A stretch of 64,000 nucleotides of DNA from Azolla caroliniana (taxonomy: Eukaryota > Plantae > Polypodiophyta). Where the stretch lies: assembly GCA_043228905.1 (NCBI GenBank), contig JBHGNT010000009.1, forward strand, positions 18,166,001 to 18,230,000. The letters run 5' to 3'. Shown here one piece after another: positions 47,848 through 60,976 of the stretch. The translations under genes were made by a program, and so were the position numbers. Under the pieces are notes generated by a model. The model had not been told where the DNA came from. It made no database searches and saw only the letters and a list, made by a program, of their open reading frames with translations. Position 1 is the first letter of the stretch. Every line of letters starts with the position of its first letter.

Positions 47848-48648
47848 TTAATCCGAAGAGATGTCAATGTTGCGGACTGCAGATTTAGGCTCAGGAGGTG
47901 AGGCCTTAGGGACGGTGACAGTGAGCACGCCATTCTCCATGGCCGCCTTCACCTCCTCCACCTTAGCATTCTCAGGGAGCCTGAATCGCCTGAGGAAGCT
48001 CCCTTGGGAACGTTCCACCCGGTGCCATCTGTCTGTAGAAGCACTCTCCTCTTTCTTGCGCTCCCCGCTGATCTGCAACACGCGCCCATCCTCCACCTGC
48101 ACCTTCACTTCCTGCTTGCTCAGACCTACAATCATGATTTGTTGTCACATCAAGGGGGTCAGATGCCATAAACATACATAACACAGAAGAAACTCAAAAT
48201 CTACGAGAATCACAACATGTTCGTAAAATGTGTGATGCTTGAGCCTTGAATAAAGAAACTCAAATCACAATATGTTCGCGAAATGTGCGATTTGTTGTCA
48301 CATCAAGGGGTTCAGATACAGATACCATATCATACATAAACTCAGAAGAAACTCAAAAGCTACCAGAATCACAACATGTTCGTGAAAGGCGTGATGCTTG
48401 AATAAAGAAGAGTAGTAGGTATTTATACTAAATTTACCAGGTAAATTAGCCTTGAACACATGGGAATCGTCAGTCTCCTTCCAATCCACCTGCGTGTTGG
48501 CCACCGCTGCTATGTCACGGGCGAAGCCGGGATGGTCAGGGAAGGAGGAGAGCGGGAAGGAAGGGAAGAGGAGGGAATCAGAGAAGAACGCATCAAGGGG
48601 GTCCTGCGCTGCTCTGCGATTGCCGAGTCCGAAGAGGGAGAGGGCCAT
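47848..48648 (-). CDS. HSP20: Small heat-shock protein 5 (162 aa); exons 48438-48648 and 47848-48125
   Basis: Alpha-crystallin motifs; GT-AG intron of 312 bp with internal duplications. Confidence 0.96.
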
Positions 48649-48904
48649 TGGCAGAGAGTAAATGACGGGATCAAGTAGAAGGAGGAGGAGGAATCAAAAA
48701 ACAGTGCCTTGCCTGCTGCAGAGATATATATATATATATATATATGAGTATCGATGGGAATTGGATGGAATCAGAGTGTGTGTTTATGGAATGATCGTGC
48801 AAGGACGAAGAGTAGGATCGGATTGGATTGAATTTGATCGGATTGGATTGCAGAGAGGTGACGATCAAAACGACTGTTTGTCTCCTCCATGGGCCTGCGT
48901 CCAT

Positions 48905-48981
48905 CTCTTTATATACATGTGTGTGTGGGTGTGTGTGTGTGTGTAGGAGAAGGAAGACTCCGGATGTTTCTAGAGAATGCA
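48905..48981 (-). promoter_or_regulatory. HSE-like element and TATA for sHSP5
   Basis: Minus strand GCATTCTCTAGAAACATCCGGAGTCTTC, then (CA)n, then TATATAAAGAG. Confidence 0.75.
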
Positions 48982-49869
48982 TGACCTGATGACGTTGAGA
49001 GCCCAAAGCATTATTTGTTTGTTGCGAGTTCGCTCCTTTTGTTTCACACTTTGGGAGTTTGGTCAAAGGGGGGGCACGAGCGAGAGTCCGATCCCATTAT
49101 GCGCTTACGAAAAGCATCATGTCTCAGACAAATCATCTTTTATTTCTAAGCTTGTCCTTGCGCTATTGCCTCTGCCCCTCACATTCGGCGAAAAGTATAA
49201 AACCCTTCAATAATCACGGCGCACAATGATTCACTTCTTGTAACTGATGAAAAGCTACATATCAATTGACAATGCTCATGGTAATTGGCATATTATGGAG
49301 CTGAGTGATCAAATAAGCTATCTAAAAAAATAGCACTACAAAATCATCTAGCCCCCAACGCCTTGAGAGACTTCTTGAACATTGTTAGTTGCTTCTAAAT
49401 TCCACATTACCTTGGAAGACTTCGGGAACACAAACCCATGATTAGTAGGACATTATGATAACCTTTGAAACGTTTCCCATGCTTATAGGAACTTTGAGAA
49501 ACTTTTTCGAACACACTTCTCCCATATTGTATATATCTAAAGCACATTGCATAAGTATAAAGCATTGGCGTTCTTTCCATTGCATTGCCTAAGGACTAAT
49601 TTAATCACAACATGATATCCACACGTTGTCTTAGGAATGAATATATGGTCTCCATATGTGAAACGCAAGGTAAGCTTAGGGTATAAAAGAAAGGGTCTAC
49701 ATATTGGATGGTTGGGGGATAGTCCTATCATGTTAGTACATGTTTTGTTTCTCGTGGTTTACACTGGAATTGATCAATATTTGACAACAAGAAGTTTGAC
49801 TACAGAACAAGAGTCTTTCTAAACCCTAACCCTGAACCTCCTTTATCTTAAGAAGATGGAAATAGGGAA

Positions 49870-50215
49870 TTAGTAATGGTATATAAAAATAGTCTTGACC
49901 ACCAACACAATAGTCTCTTAAAATTTCCTAAATGGTTTGGACCATATGAAGTCTAAAGACCATACGACAATCACACCTACTACTTGAGTGAGTTGGATGG
50001 ACCACTTCAAGTGTTGTTTGTAGGGAAGACAATGAAGATATTCAAGAAAAGACACACAAATGGATCCTCTTATAGTACTAGAGATTGTTTTGAGTGAGGA
50101 AGGTAAGGACCGCCAAGAGTGTGACGATTTGATGGATGTTAAAGGAGATAGGAATGTCTTGGTAGCATATGTACATAAAAAACGATGTGTAGATTTAGTG
50201 GGGGTGAGTGTCTTG
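49870..50215 (+). mobile_element. Decayed integrase C-terminus and probable PPT of an element-B-like gypsy
   Basis: VMVYKNSLDHQH..WFGPYEV..DNHTYYLSELDG..GKTMKIFKKR aligns with ORF 24451-24807; G-rich tract then TGTC near 50200. Confidence 0.75.
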
Positions 50216-50444
50216 TTGCTCTAAGTGTTGTAAACTGAGACCGTAGTGCGGAATACAAAACAACACTATAGGTTAAAGAACAACAAGTTGGTGTAAACAA
50301 GATGATTCAACAACAAAGACAACTTAAACAAAGATCAAGATTAGGAGACAAAAGAGAGAAAGTGAGAGACAAACGTTACAATACAAAGAATGGCAACTCA
50401 CACCATTTACAAACTAGTTACAATGTCAATGACTACTTTATATT

Positions 50445-50903
50445 TTGGACCATGTGGAGATTATCGGTGGAAGGGCACAATTGTTCAAAGTGAGAATCTT
50501 TTATGTCAATGTTGGTAATGTATATGATCCTAACTTGATGTATGATGGGGTGGTTTTCTTTAGATCTTTACTTAATTTGTTACCTAATACGGAAGCCTTG
50601 TGTTTGGCGAACAATTTGAATATGATTGAGTCAATTGAAGATTGCTTAGAAATATTTATGACAATGGTATATGGATCAAAAATAGGTGCTTGCGAACAAT
50701 TATATTTCCATCCAAATATTATAGATGCCTTGGTAACGTGTAATTTTACTTTTTTCACACATTCTTTAAGATTTTCTCATTTGAATAGGCATTTGGTGAA
50801 TCCTATTTTATCACAAATTGATAGAATTTATTTGTCTGATGCATTGGCTACCATGGGGGGTAAGGAGTGCATATGTTTTGATACTACATTTTTGGATCAT
50901 TAG
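50445..50903 (+). mobile_element. Degenerate L1 endonuclease (APE) domain
   Basis: NVYDPN, NNLNMIE, FTHS, SQIDRIYLS, LDH correspond to NxYAPN/GDFN/SRIDR/SDH motifs. Confidence 0.7.
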
Positions 50904-51250
50904 TTGGTTGAGGGGACTCATGCATGTGCATCAAAATTCTTGGCCAAGGGAAGATCATGTTCATATTGCACAATCCGTCTTCATAGATGGGATGATGTTA
51001 AGAGTTGATGGTATTGTGATGGGGTTCATCTAGTTGATTTGTTGTTGCATAATTTGATTTGAGTTGAGGAGCTTTTTGTGGCTAGGACAATGGTGTTAAG
51101 GAAGAAAGCGTTGTACAGATTGTGATGGTTAAGATATTGGTTGTTTCTTTGCAACGATTGTAGGAAAATTATCCACATTGCTTCTGGACAATGAATGAGT
51201 TAAGAGACTATTCCGGAGGTTAAATCAGCTAAGTAACTCAATAGTAAGTA

Positions 51251-51533
51251 GGGAAAAGTACCAAGATACCCCTAGAAAATCGTCTATTTACCATAATGCC
51301 CCTGGAAGTTCCAAATTTACCAAACTACCCTTATGTCTAAAAAATTACACTTTATAAAGTAATTATACACTCAAATCTTTGGTAAATAGGGCTAGTTCGG
51401 GTCCATTTCTTCCATCTTTAGTAAATAGGGCTCGTAGATGTGAGTGTATAATTACTTTATAAAGTGTAATTTTTTGGACATACGGGTAGTTTGGTAAATT
51501 TGAAACTTCCAGGGGTATCCTGGTACTTTTCCC
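51251..51533. mobile_element. Mutator-type MITE, 283 bp, 9-bp TSD
   Basis: Long TIRs GGGAAAAGTACCArGATACCCCT...; TAGTAAGTA at 51242-51250 and 51534-51542. Confidence 0.92.
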
Positions 51534-53649
51534 TAGTAAGTATTCCTTTTTTTTAAAATGAGTAAAGTTGAAAAATGTTGGTGATAAGGGACCCAAAGAA
51601 TTCTTTAAAACGCATAGGAGGAAACATTCACGATTTCAAATGGTTTAAGGTGGTTTGACGATACATTAATTGATGCTCCTTTTGGTATGAGGGACATTGT
51701 TTCTTGACTTTTACAAAAATTTATTGGTGCGGTATTCTTTTTGGTGGATGATTTGCAAGAAAAGAATGAAATTCTTGATTGTATTATATATTTGTAGTTC
51801 TCATAGATACATATTGTCAACTTTGATGCAACCAATGACATTAGAGGAGGTTTTTTTGCTTTGTTAGAGCTACATCGAGATGCATGTATTGGAGATGATG
51901 GTCTAACAAGGTTGTTCTTTGAAAAGTATTAGTCTTGGATTGGACTTTGCATCACTACTGCATTTAATAGAATCTTTGTTACATGTTGTGTACCTGATCA
52001 TTTTATAGAATCTTTGTTATTAGAAGGTCTAATTTTTGTGATCCCTAACTTGTGTCTGATCATTTTATGAAACACTATGTAAGGATAATACAAAAAACTT
52101 TGCCTAATTAAATAAAATTAGAAGGAAAATTGTGCATTGTAGTACTGCAAATTCATCATTTGCGGGATGGATTATTGTAGTGCACCAAGTTTTGTATTCA
52201 TGTGGTATGTTGCTTCTTCGGCTTGAATTTATGCAAAATCATCTTTAACTATAGTACAACAATTGGTTAGGATTTTCCAATTGTCTAGAAAAGACAATTG
52301 TTATGTCATAGTATTACAAAAGTGCTACAATAGTTGGAAGCTCACAATCACTTCCAAAAACTATGTGGTTTTATCAGTAGTTAGAACTTAGGATAATTGG
52401 ATGTGATAAATTAATTTATGACATTTTTGAAACGTGGCATGTGAAGGGAGGGAGAGAGTGCAAAAAACTCAACTTTTACTATTGGTCAAAACTTGGTCTA
52501 AGTGACCACTGAAAGAAAACTTTAGGGCTTCAGCTAACCATTAGAATAACAACGTCAACATGTCAAAACTCAGCAAAGGAAATGAAGGGGAAATGATGAG
52601 CTTCAATGCATATTTAAAAATTAATAATAGGAAAGCATGTGGTAAATGCAATACATCACATAGAATTGCTGAAACAAAGTGTTGTGTAAGCATAAGAATG
52701 TGCATGCTCGAAAAGGAAAACCAATTATGCGTATTAAGAAGAGATAATACTATTTTTGCCCGATAAGGGAACTCCTATAATGAGCTAATGCATCCATTCT
52801 TGGGTTCCTTCGTTTTAGGAATAGAGCACCCAAGCTTTTTTCACAAGTAGAATCACAAGGTTGCGAATCATGAGGGTGTGTGGAAGGCTTACAATGGACA
52901 AGGAAATGTTGTCGTCAATCATAAACTTGTCACTTTGAAACTTAATGATATCTCCTTAAACATCCTTCTTACCCTGATCCCTTATCATGGTTTTGTGTCA
53001 TCCTCCCAAACCACGACGCTTAGCCTTACCCTCGACTACCAAATACTAGGCTTGAAACCAAGCCTAGGTTTTAGACCTATCGTTACCCTTTTTGAGCTTT
53101 CACAAGAGTGCATGCACACACATAATCCCACACATTAAATATATTCATGTGCATAGTGCACACAAACATAAAATCAAAGCCTATTCTAGACGTATACGAC
53201 TCAGATGCATGCAAACCCCACATAGTACTACTACATTCACGTGAAATGTGAAAGTATGCACTATATACTTATAACAAAATACATGCACAATTACACAATA
53301 ACACAAACTATTATTCATATATATACACGTAAACACATACACAATCTCGCATATAGAGTTACTCCTATAAGTGCAAAACAAACACAAATTTATATGCATG
53401 TTAACACACTTCACAACCACATATATAACATAAAGAAGACACACATAGAGAAAGCATGAACAAGGGAGAACAGATCTTCTAGCGGCCAGAGCATTAGTCA
53501 CCATTAACATAAAGGAATGGCATTGAATGTTGTGAATTGTTGAATCATTCTCAACAAATAGCTATTGAAATTGTTCTATTCTCTAAAAAATGTCATCGAA
53601 TAATGATGCATTCCATACTCATTTCTTCATATTTATCTTCATAATCAAT

Positions 53650-54400
53650 TAGATAAGTATGTAGACATGTTTCCAAAGGACTTTCTTTTGGGTTCTCCTC
53701 CTCCTCAAGTAATGGGAAATCTAATAGACTTGTTACCTAGTAACAAATGAGAAACGGTGAGCAAAATGCTTAAGTGTGAAAAAAGGTGAAGAAAGTCAAA
53801 CATATGTAACAAAGTATTTACCCATTCATTTTATTCACATATCAATGTATCATCTTCTCCTTGGCCTATGTCTATTATGCTCGTTATGAATAATGATGGC
53901 ATAATAATGCCAATTTATCCAATGTTAAATGCAATCACACTAAGGAACATTATTTGGTGCCTCTAGTAGAGAAGTTGTTTGATATATTATGAGGACCCTT
54001 ATGTTTCTCTAGGATAGGCATTTGTTCTAAGTAGCATCAAGTACATCTATGAAATTAGGAAGTCCATGAAATGACTATGCATACACATTTTGGCCATGCC
54101 ATCAAGCTCATTATGTTCCATCTAGTTTATCATATCAATGAATAACATTCTTAAAGAATACTTTGAGAAGTTTATAGTCATTTTTTGTGCTGAATAGTGC
54201 TAGTGAACCATTTGGAGCATCTTCAAAAAGTGTTTGATTAGCTGAAGACACATGTTATATGCAAAACTTCTTAAATCTAATTTTTTCTAGGAGAAAACTA
54301 AGTCTCTTATTGCACCTTATGATGGTATTACATGTCAACAGTTAAGGCCAAGGCATTTTATAGATTGGCCATCATGTGAAGATATTATTAGAAGGAAATT
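53650..54400 (+). mobile_element. Degenerate Ty3/gypsy reverse transcriptase remnant
   Basis: YVDMFPKD..GSPPP..IDLLP, SSSPW..LVMNNDG, LNAIT..YLVPLVEKLFD..FSRI match the gypsy RT N-terminal pattern, with many stops. Confidence 0.7.
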
Positions 54401-55847
54401 TGTGATTGTGCTAGGATCCAATTACTAAATAGCTAATGAATAAACGATATCTTACTATGTGGGATGATATAAAACAACATAATTTGAAATCCTAGCGTTA
54501 TTCTCTAAATTGTATCACTATTGGCGATCGTAGACCCCAATATGTATATCATGGTGTTTTTACAATAGAGGTTGTTTTACTCAAAGGTGGGATGAACATT
54601 AAACCATAGACAGAAAAATACATATTCTACAAAAGGCACGATTGATGGGTTAGGTAAATATTGTAGCTAACTAGTGGGGCGTGTTCCAAAAAACCCTACA
54701 TGACCAAAATTAAAATTGTGGAGGGTGCTGATAATCATATTGTGGACATGTGGATAAAAATAGTTTGTTCTGCTCCGATTATTTTTTACCGTGTTCGATT
54801 ATCTCCATGCCAATGGATGATTGCAAGGCACTTGGGAATATACAATTTCATGGGATAAATAATACTTTTGTAAGAAAAGCTTTAGGGTGGTGGTAAATAC
54901 ATCTGCAAATTGCTTACTTGTTACCTGGATATAGGTTCATCATTACAAGAAATTAAAATTTCCAATCATGCATGTTTGTACATCTTTCTTACGTCTAGAC
55001 TTTGGAACCACCTTGCAATTATAAGTTCATGTTTGACACTTGTTTTAACGTTTTCTAGTTTAATGACTAAATCAACCAATGAGTGTACTAACCCTTTTGT
55101 TCTCTAAAGGGATTTTGTAAAGCCAAATTCTTATGAGCAATTGTTAATTGGCATGATATCAAACTCAAAATTTGAAGATATTTTTTTATGAATAATATCA
55201 CATCGTGGCTTAAAAGATGGGAAGCACATGCGTTACCACTCCATCATATTTTCATACAATTAAATAAATCGATTTTATTAACATAAACAAATTTTTTTGT
55301 GTAAGTTAGCATTAGTTGGATCAAACTTGGTATTTAACAAGTTGATCAAAGCTAAGCCTGGGATTCTATGGGCACTACTTTTTTTGAGATTCACAAATTG
55401 GTGGGCACAACAAAGATCCCTAGATTATGTGTAAAGGTAATGCTTCCACATTCTGCATTAGGCTCCCTTGTGACGCCCAATGCTATTTTGTTTTCTCATT
55501 ATCGAATAATAGCTCTCCTTTGTTGTAGTAAATTGGTGAATATTTGTATGGATTGCGGGCACGAGACAACAGAAGCTCTGCTTACGGACGGAGCCAATGG
55601 ATGGTGGTGTGAGAAATGGGCGGGATGTGTCCATGAAATGGTGATGGACATTGGATGGCCATGCAAACCACCACACTAAATTTCAATGGACGTCCAATAG
55701 AAGAAGAAAAGACCACCCCCTATTCTTGAAATGGCCTGCCATTCTCCAAAGCTAAAGTAATAATAATACAAAAGGCCCTCTCCCCTGTTGTTCTCTTGTA
55801 TCCCCAATGGCCTCCTCCTCCTCAGACTAAGCATCTGAGGCCGGGCT

Positions 55848-57299
55848 ATGGCGCACACCCCTGCTTCCTGCTCCCTCGCTGAAGGACCCAACCTCTTCAC
55901 CCCTCCCAGATCTCCTCCCATATCTCCCTTTCCCCCTCTCGGCCTGAGCTTCTCCGCCTCTTTCTCCCCCACAGAGAAGCATGAAAGATCCCTCTCCTTG
56001 CACACAAGCTTCCCCATCACGCCACCATGGCTGAAGCGAACCCCCGATCCTCTCGTGTCTGTGAGGTCAGCTTCGAGGGAGAAGTTCGAAAGAAGGAAGC
56101 CTCATGTGAACATCGGAACCATAGGTCACGTTGATCATGGGAAAACCACACTCACGGCGGCCCTCACCATGGCCATGGCGTCGGAGCTTGGAAGCCAGCC
56201 TAAACGCTATGATCAGATCGATGCTGCACCTGAAGAGAAAGCTCGAGGAATCACCATTAACACTACGGTGGTCGAATATGAGTCTCCGAGAAGACATTAT
56301 GCGCATGTGGATTGTCCTGGACATGCTGACTATGTTAAGAACATGATTACAGGAGCTGCTCAGATGGATGGGGCGATCCTTGTGGTATCGGCATCTGATG
56401 GTGTCATGCCTCAGACCAAGGAGCATATCCTTCTTGCTAGACAGGTGGGTGTTCCTCATGTGGTTGTCTTTTTGAATAAAATTGATCAAGTCGATGATGA
56501 AGAGCTCATCGAGCTCGTAGAGCTCGAGATCCGAGATCTCCTCAAGTCTTATGATTACCCTGGTGATGATGTGGCTGTAGTTTATGGATCGGCCTTAAAA
56601 GCATTAGAAGCCTTCGAGAATAAGGCTGATATCAAGAGAGGTGAGAATGAATGGGTAGATAGAATCTATAAGCTCATCGATGCTGTCGACCAGAATATAC
56701 CCATACCAGTGAGGCAGGTGGATATGCCGTTCTTGATGGCTATCGAAGACGTTTTCTCCATCACCGGAAGAGGAACTGTAGCCACAGGGAAAGTGGAGAG
56801 AGGAAAGATCAAGATAGGTGAATCAGTGGATATAGTTGGGTTCATAGATACAAGAACTACCATTGTGACCAGCGTGGAAATGTTCCAGAAGCTTCTCGAC
56901 GAGGCCATGGCAGGGGACAATGTGGGGCTTCTATTAAGAGGCATTCAGAAGGCAGATGTATCAAGAGGGATGGTTATTGCGAAACCGGGGACCATTAAGC
57001 CACGGAAGAAATTTGTTGCATCTGTTTATATCTTGAGGAAAGAAGAAGGTGGAAGGCATTCTCCTTTCTTTGCTGGTTTTACCCCTCAATTTTACATGAG
57101 GACCACAGATGTTACTGGGAAGGTTGTGAATGTAGGGAATGACTCGGGGGAGGGAAGCAAGATGGTTTTACCTGGTGATCGTGTCAAGATGATGGTGGAG
57201 CTTATTCAACCAGTGGCAATCGAGAAGAAAATGAGATTTGCCATCAGAGAGGGTGGTAAAACTGTCGGGGCTGGAATCGTTTCAGAAATATTGGAGTAG
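55848..57299 (+). CDS. tufA: Nuclear-encoded plastid elongation factor Tu (483 aa, intronless, with transit peptide)
   Basis: ~75 aa Ser/Pro-rich leader ending VSVRSA; [40 protein letters not shown]; plastid-type [10 protein letters not shown] insertion, EMFQK and [10 protein letters not shown]. Confidence 0.95.
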   Translation: MAHTPASCSLAEGPNLFTPPRSPPISPFPPLGLSFSASFSPTEKHERSLSLHTSFPITPPWLKRTPDPLVSVRSASREKFERRKPHVNIGTIGHVDHGKTTLTAALTMAMASELGSQPKRYDQIDAAPEEKARGITINTTVVEYESPRRHYAHVDCPGHADYVKNMITGAAQMDGAILVVSASDGVMPQTKEHILLARQVGVPHVVVFLNKIDQVDDEELIELVELEIRDLLKSYDYPGDDVAVVYGSALKALEAFENKADIKRGENEWVDRIYKLIDAVDQNIPIPVRQVDMPFLMAIEDVFSITGRGTVATGKVERGKIKIGESVDIVGFIDTRTTIVTSVEMFQKLLDEAMAGDNVGLLLRGIQKADVSRGMVIAKPGTIKPRKKFVASVYILRKEEGGRHSPFFAGFTPQFYMRTTDVTGKVVNVGNDSGEGSKMVLPGDRVKMMVELIQPVAIEKKMRFAIREGGKTVGAGIVSEILE

Positions 57300-58533
57300 C
57301 AAGAAAACTTTAGGATGCTTGTGTATGTGTGCATGTGCCATGTTTTGCTTGGGGTTCCACTGGTATAGCTGCTTCTTGTTTGTTGAGGGTGAAGAAGGTT
57401 CTTGCTTCAGTTAAGCTCAAGATATGCAGTCTAGTTTCAGGATGCATTATTGAATATATTAAGGGTACACCAAGCTTGGCAAGATAATTTGTTATATGAA
57501 CAAAATGGGTTTGAACATGGACAAAATGGGATCAAACTGAAGAGTGTCTCTGACATAGTAGAGAATCTCTTTATATTAGCATGGAGAGCCCACTTATATG
57601 ATGGCTTTGCATGCATGGTTTGACAAAGCATGATTACTAGAATAAAAGGTATGTTCTTCTAGACATGCCTTGTGAGGGGAAGAATAGCAAAAACTGTGTA
57701 GAACAAAATGTGAAACTATAGACAGAAGGAAATCACCATTTACACAATCAATCAATGAGTAATGTTCCTAAATATTATTTGGTTCTACAAAAAATAATGC
57801 TGCTTTGGATTATCCGAGAACCGTTGTCGTCGTCGCCTATAATGCTTGTAAATAGTTCATTTCCTGGATAACAATTTGAGCATGTGATTTGTGTCCATCC
57901 TAATTTACTCTTTAGCTTTTATAGCCCTTTCACATGAAATACTTGTAAAAGTAGTAAGAAACCTTTGGTTTTGAGCTTGGCCAAAAGGTTGGGCTCAAAG
58001 CAGCATCACATTTTTCTTCATATGAATGAACAAATATGTGAACTTGTGTAGACCATGAATGATGATTTGGTGGATGGAATGAAAGAATGTAGTAAAAAAT
58101 GATATATTATAGTACCTTGTGCATGTATTGAGCCTATAGCATAGAGAAAAAGAGGTTTCTTTACTCAAATGTTCAAGAGTAGATAGGTTTCTAACTTCGT
58201 GAGAAAGTAAGACATCTTCTACAGGAGCCGCTTGATGATGAATATTAGAATGATTATGAGGGGTTCTTGTTTATTTTGTTTCTTTTATGGTGAAAACATT
58301 TAATTATATTAATAAAAATTTGTGAAAAATACTACAATGTTACCACAAAGCAGGGGGTAATAGGATATGTTGGATTGTCTATAGGCAAGATAACCACCCC
58401 ATAAAGGAAATGTTTTTAATTTGCTATAATAAACAAAACTACCACATCAATGCTCCAAAGAATAGATCTCGTGAGGGCAATATTTTGATGTCATTCCACC
58501 ATTAAGCATTAATCAAGACAATTATAAGAGAGA

Positions 58534-58535
<2 letters not shown>

Positions 58536-58577
<42 letters not shown>
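58536..58577. repeat. (CT)n microsatellite
   Basis: Seen directly. Confidence 0.95.
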
Positions 58578-58580
<3 letters not shown>

Positions 58581-58898
58581 ATAACCTTTGGTTGCCATTT
58601 TTATCATTGCTTCAATATGACAAAGTTCTCATTCCCTTCAATGTGACAGAAGGTGTTGGGCACTTGTGGGAAGACTCATCAATTATGCATATTTTTACCT
58701 AAACAAAGGAGAGTTATAGCACTACGCTTTGATACAATGGTATTACATATAACCACATTTACATTTTCTTTCTACACATTGTTCCACTCCATAAACACGT
58801 TTCTTAAATAATTGCAATGTGTACTCCCCATTGCAATGTTTATCTCTATGGACACTAAAAAGTATCTATGATCTTTCTATCTTTCTATCTCTCTATTT

Positions 58899-59500
58899 AG
58901 GGTTTGCCTTACAGCTTTGCAAAGAGTGTAGCTTGGTACACAACTCGAATACGGAGCGAGTCTAGGCTTGATAGCAATGCTTTTTTGGCTTAAGCACGCT
59001 TAACTTGAAATGCTTGAAGCATCCAGACAACCACAAAACCCATGGCATGTGAGTTGCCAAGGTAAGTAGGAATGTGCTACACATTGATCCCCAACAAGTG
59101 ATTGGTTGTCACCCGCAAGTGGATGGTATACCGATTGCGAACGTCACAACAATTACAAGTGTGAACTATGCAACCACTAGAGGCCTAAGAATGAACCGTT
59201 TTTCTCATGGTGGCGGGTTCTACACTTAGGTGGAATCCCTCCATAGTATATTGGGGTCACTTTTTGGGTTTGCCTTACGACTTTGCAAGGAGTGTGGGTC
59301 GGTATACCGCTCGAATACGGAGCGTGTCCATTCTTGATAGCAATGCCCCCCCCCCCCCCCCCCCCCCAACCCATTACTATTGTAGATGTAACCAGGACAG
59401 CTCGGGAGGTCACCCATCCTAGTACAATTCTAACTCAAGCACACTTAACTTGCAATTCTTGAAGCATCTAGACAACCACAAAACTCATTGCATGTGTGGT
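58899..59500 (-). mobile_element. Cassandra-like TRIM remnant (tandem copies) with 5S rRNA-derived domain
   Basis: 59385-59460 is the reverse complement of the 5S internal promoter region (AGTTAAG..CTTG..GTACTAGGATGGGTGACCTCC); flanks duplicated at 58899-59053; PBS-like TGCTATCAAG. Confidence 0.65.
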
Positions 59501-59612
59501 TTTAGGGGTTATTGACCGTGAGGTCGAAGCAAAGAGTGCGGGCGGTATAACAATTGGTGGGGGTATATGAATGTGTGAGAGGGAGAGTTAAAGGATACAA
59601 AGATGAGAGAGC

Positions 59613-59613
<1 letters not shown>

Positions 59614-59656
<43 letters not shown>

Positions 59657-59965
59657 GTTTCACACATTTAAAATGGCCATCGACTCACAATGACAATGTT
59701 GACAGAGATAACCAGTAAGCTTGTGCAACTTATGCCTGCCAATGGGCTAGTAGCGCCTAGAAGAGGACAATGACCATATGACATCCATGATAATATACCC
59801 ACACACACACACACACACAAAGTATCACACATTTAAAATGGCCATCGACTCACAATGACAATGTTGACAGAGATAACTAGTGAGCTTGTGCAACTTATGC
59901 CTACCAATGGGCTAATCGCGCTTAGAAGAGGACAATGACCATATGACATCCATGATAATATACCC
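59614..59965. repeat. (CA)n plus ~165 bp tandem duplication
   Basis: CAAAGTwTCACACATTTAAAATGGCCATCG...CATCCATGATAATATACCC twice. Confidence 0.9.
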
Positions 59966-60442
59966 GTAGAGAGACAACATCAAAATGCCGAGATGGTGGC
60001 CCAAAGTATGTACAAGAACACGAAAGCACCTAGCTGAAACATAGGACTAGGGATATTACCACAATATATCAACAATGTAAACAAAGTGACACTTGAGAGG
60101 GGTGGAAGGTGGTGTCAAGCATACAAAAAAATAGAGAACCCTTGTAATTCAAAAAAGAAAAAAAATGGAAAAACTCTTACGCTAACATGATATGCATGTA
60201 TGAATAGTTAGTTACTCTATGTGTGTGTTCATATATGTATGCTGGTCTAACGTTATCGTGAGCTTATGTTATAGAATTAGGTTTATGTCGGAATATAGAT
60301 CTAGAACTGAATACAATGTTTTAGAAGAAGCATCTCTAATCTTTCTAGTCCCAAGCCTTCGATAGTCGTCCATAATTTCGAAATGTTATGTTTCAGTCGT
60401 TCCGTGACATGCCAACTCCTTTCCCCTATTCCTTCACTTAGT

Positions 60443-60480
<38 letters not shown>

Positions 60481-60685
60481 ACATTACATTAGAGCCTTAT
60501 TATGAAGCCGAAAGTGGCCCACCAACGATAAGTAATTAAATTAGAGAAGAAGAAAGAAGACGAACCAATTGTCTCATGGGCCAAATTTGGTCTTGGAAGA
60601 CGTTAATATATCTTTCTTTCTTTCTTTCTTTCTCTCATGTGACAAACAATTTCGTGAGAGAGAGAGAGAGAGAGAGATTAGTCTA

Positions 60686-60735
60686 GCATTCTCTAGAAAC
60701 ATCTGGAGCCTTCCTCTACATATATATATATAAAG
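60686..60735 (+). promoter_or_regulatory. HSE-like element and TATA for sHSP6
   Basis: GCATTCTCTAGAAACATCTGGAGCCTTC followed by TATATATAAAGAG. Confidence 0.75.
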
Positions 60736-60976
60736 AGAGGGAGGAAAAAAAGGTTTTAAGTATCAACAGACAATCGTCTAGGACTCTAGATCGTACACAT
60801 CCAATCCAATTCAAATTCAGTACCAATCATTCACCCCACATTCTCATTCAATTCCTTAATTAACGCACTCTGATTCCATCCATCCATCCATCCATCCATC
60901 CCACTGTTTCTTGATTCCTCCTCTCAAATTTCAATTCTTCTTCTCCTCCTCAATCCTAATCCTCCAATCTCTGCCA

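Noticed and set aside
49819-49840. Interstitial telomeric repeat
   Set aside because: Only 2-3 degenerate units; not significant
55848-57299. Bacterial contamination or plastid DNA insertion
   Set aside because: Has an N-terminal transit peptide and sits in plant repeat context with no operon neighbours
59385-59460. Functional 5S rRNA gene
   Set aside because: Partial and diverged; the 5' third of 5S is not recognisable
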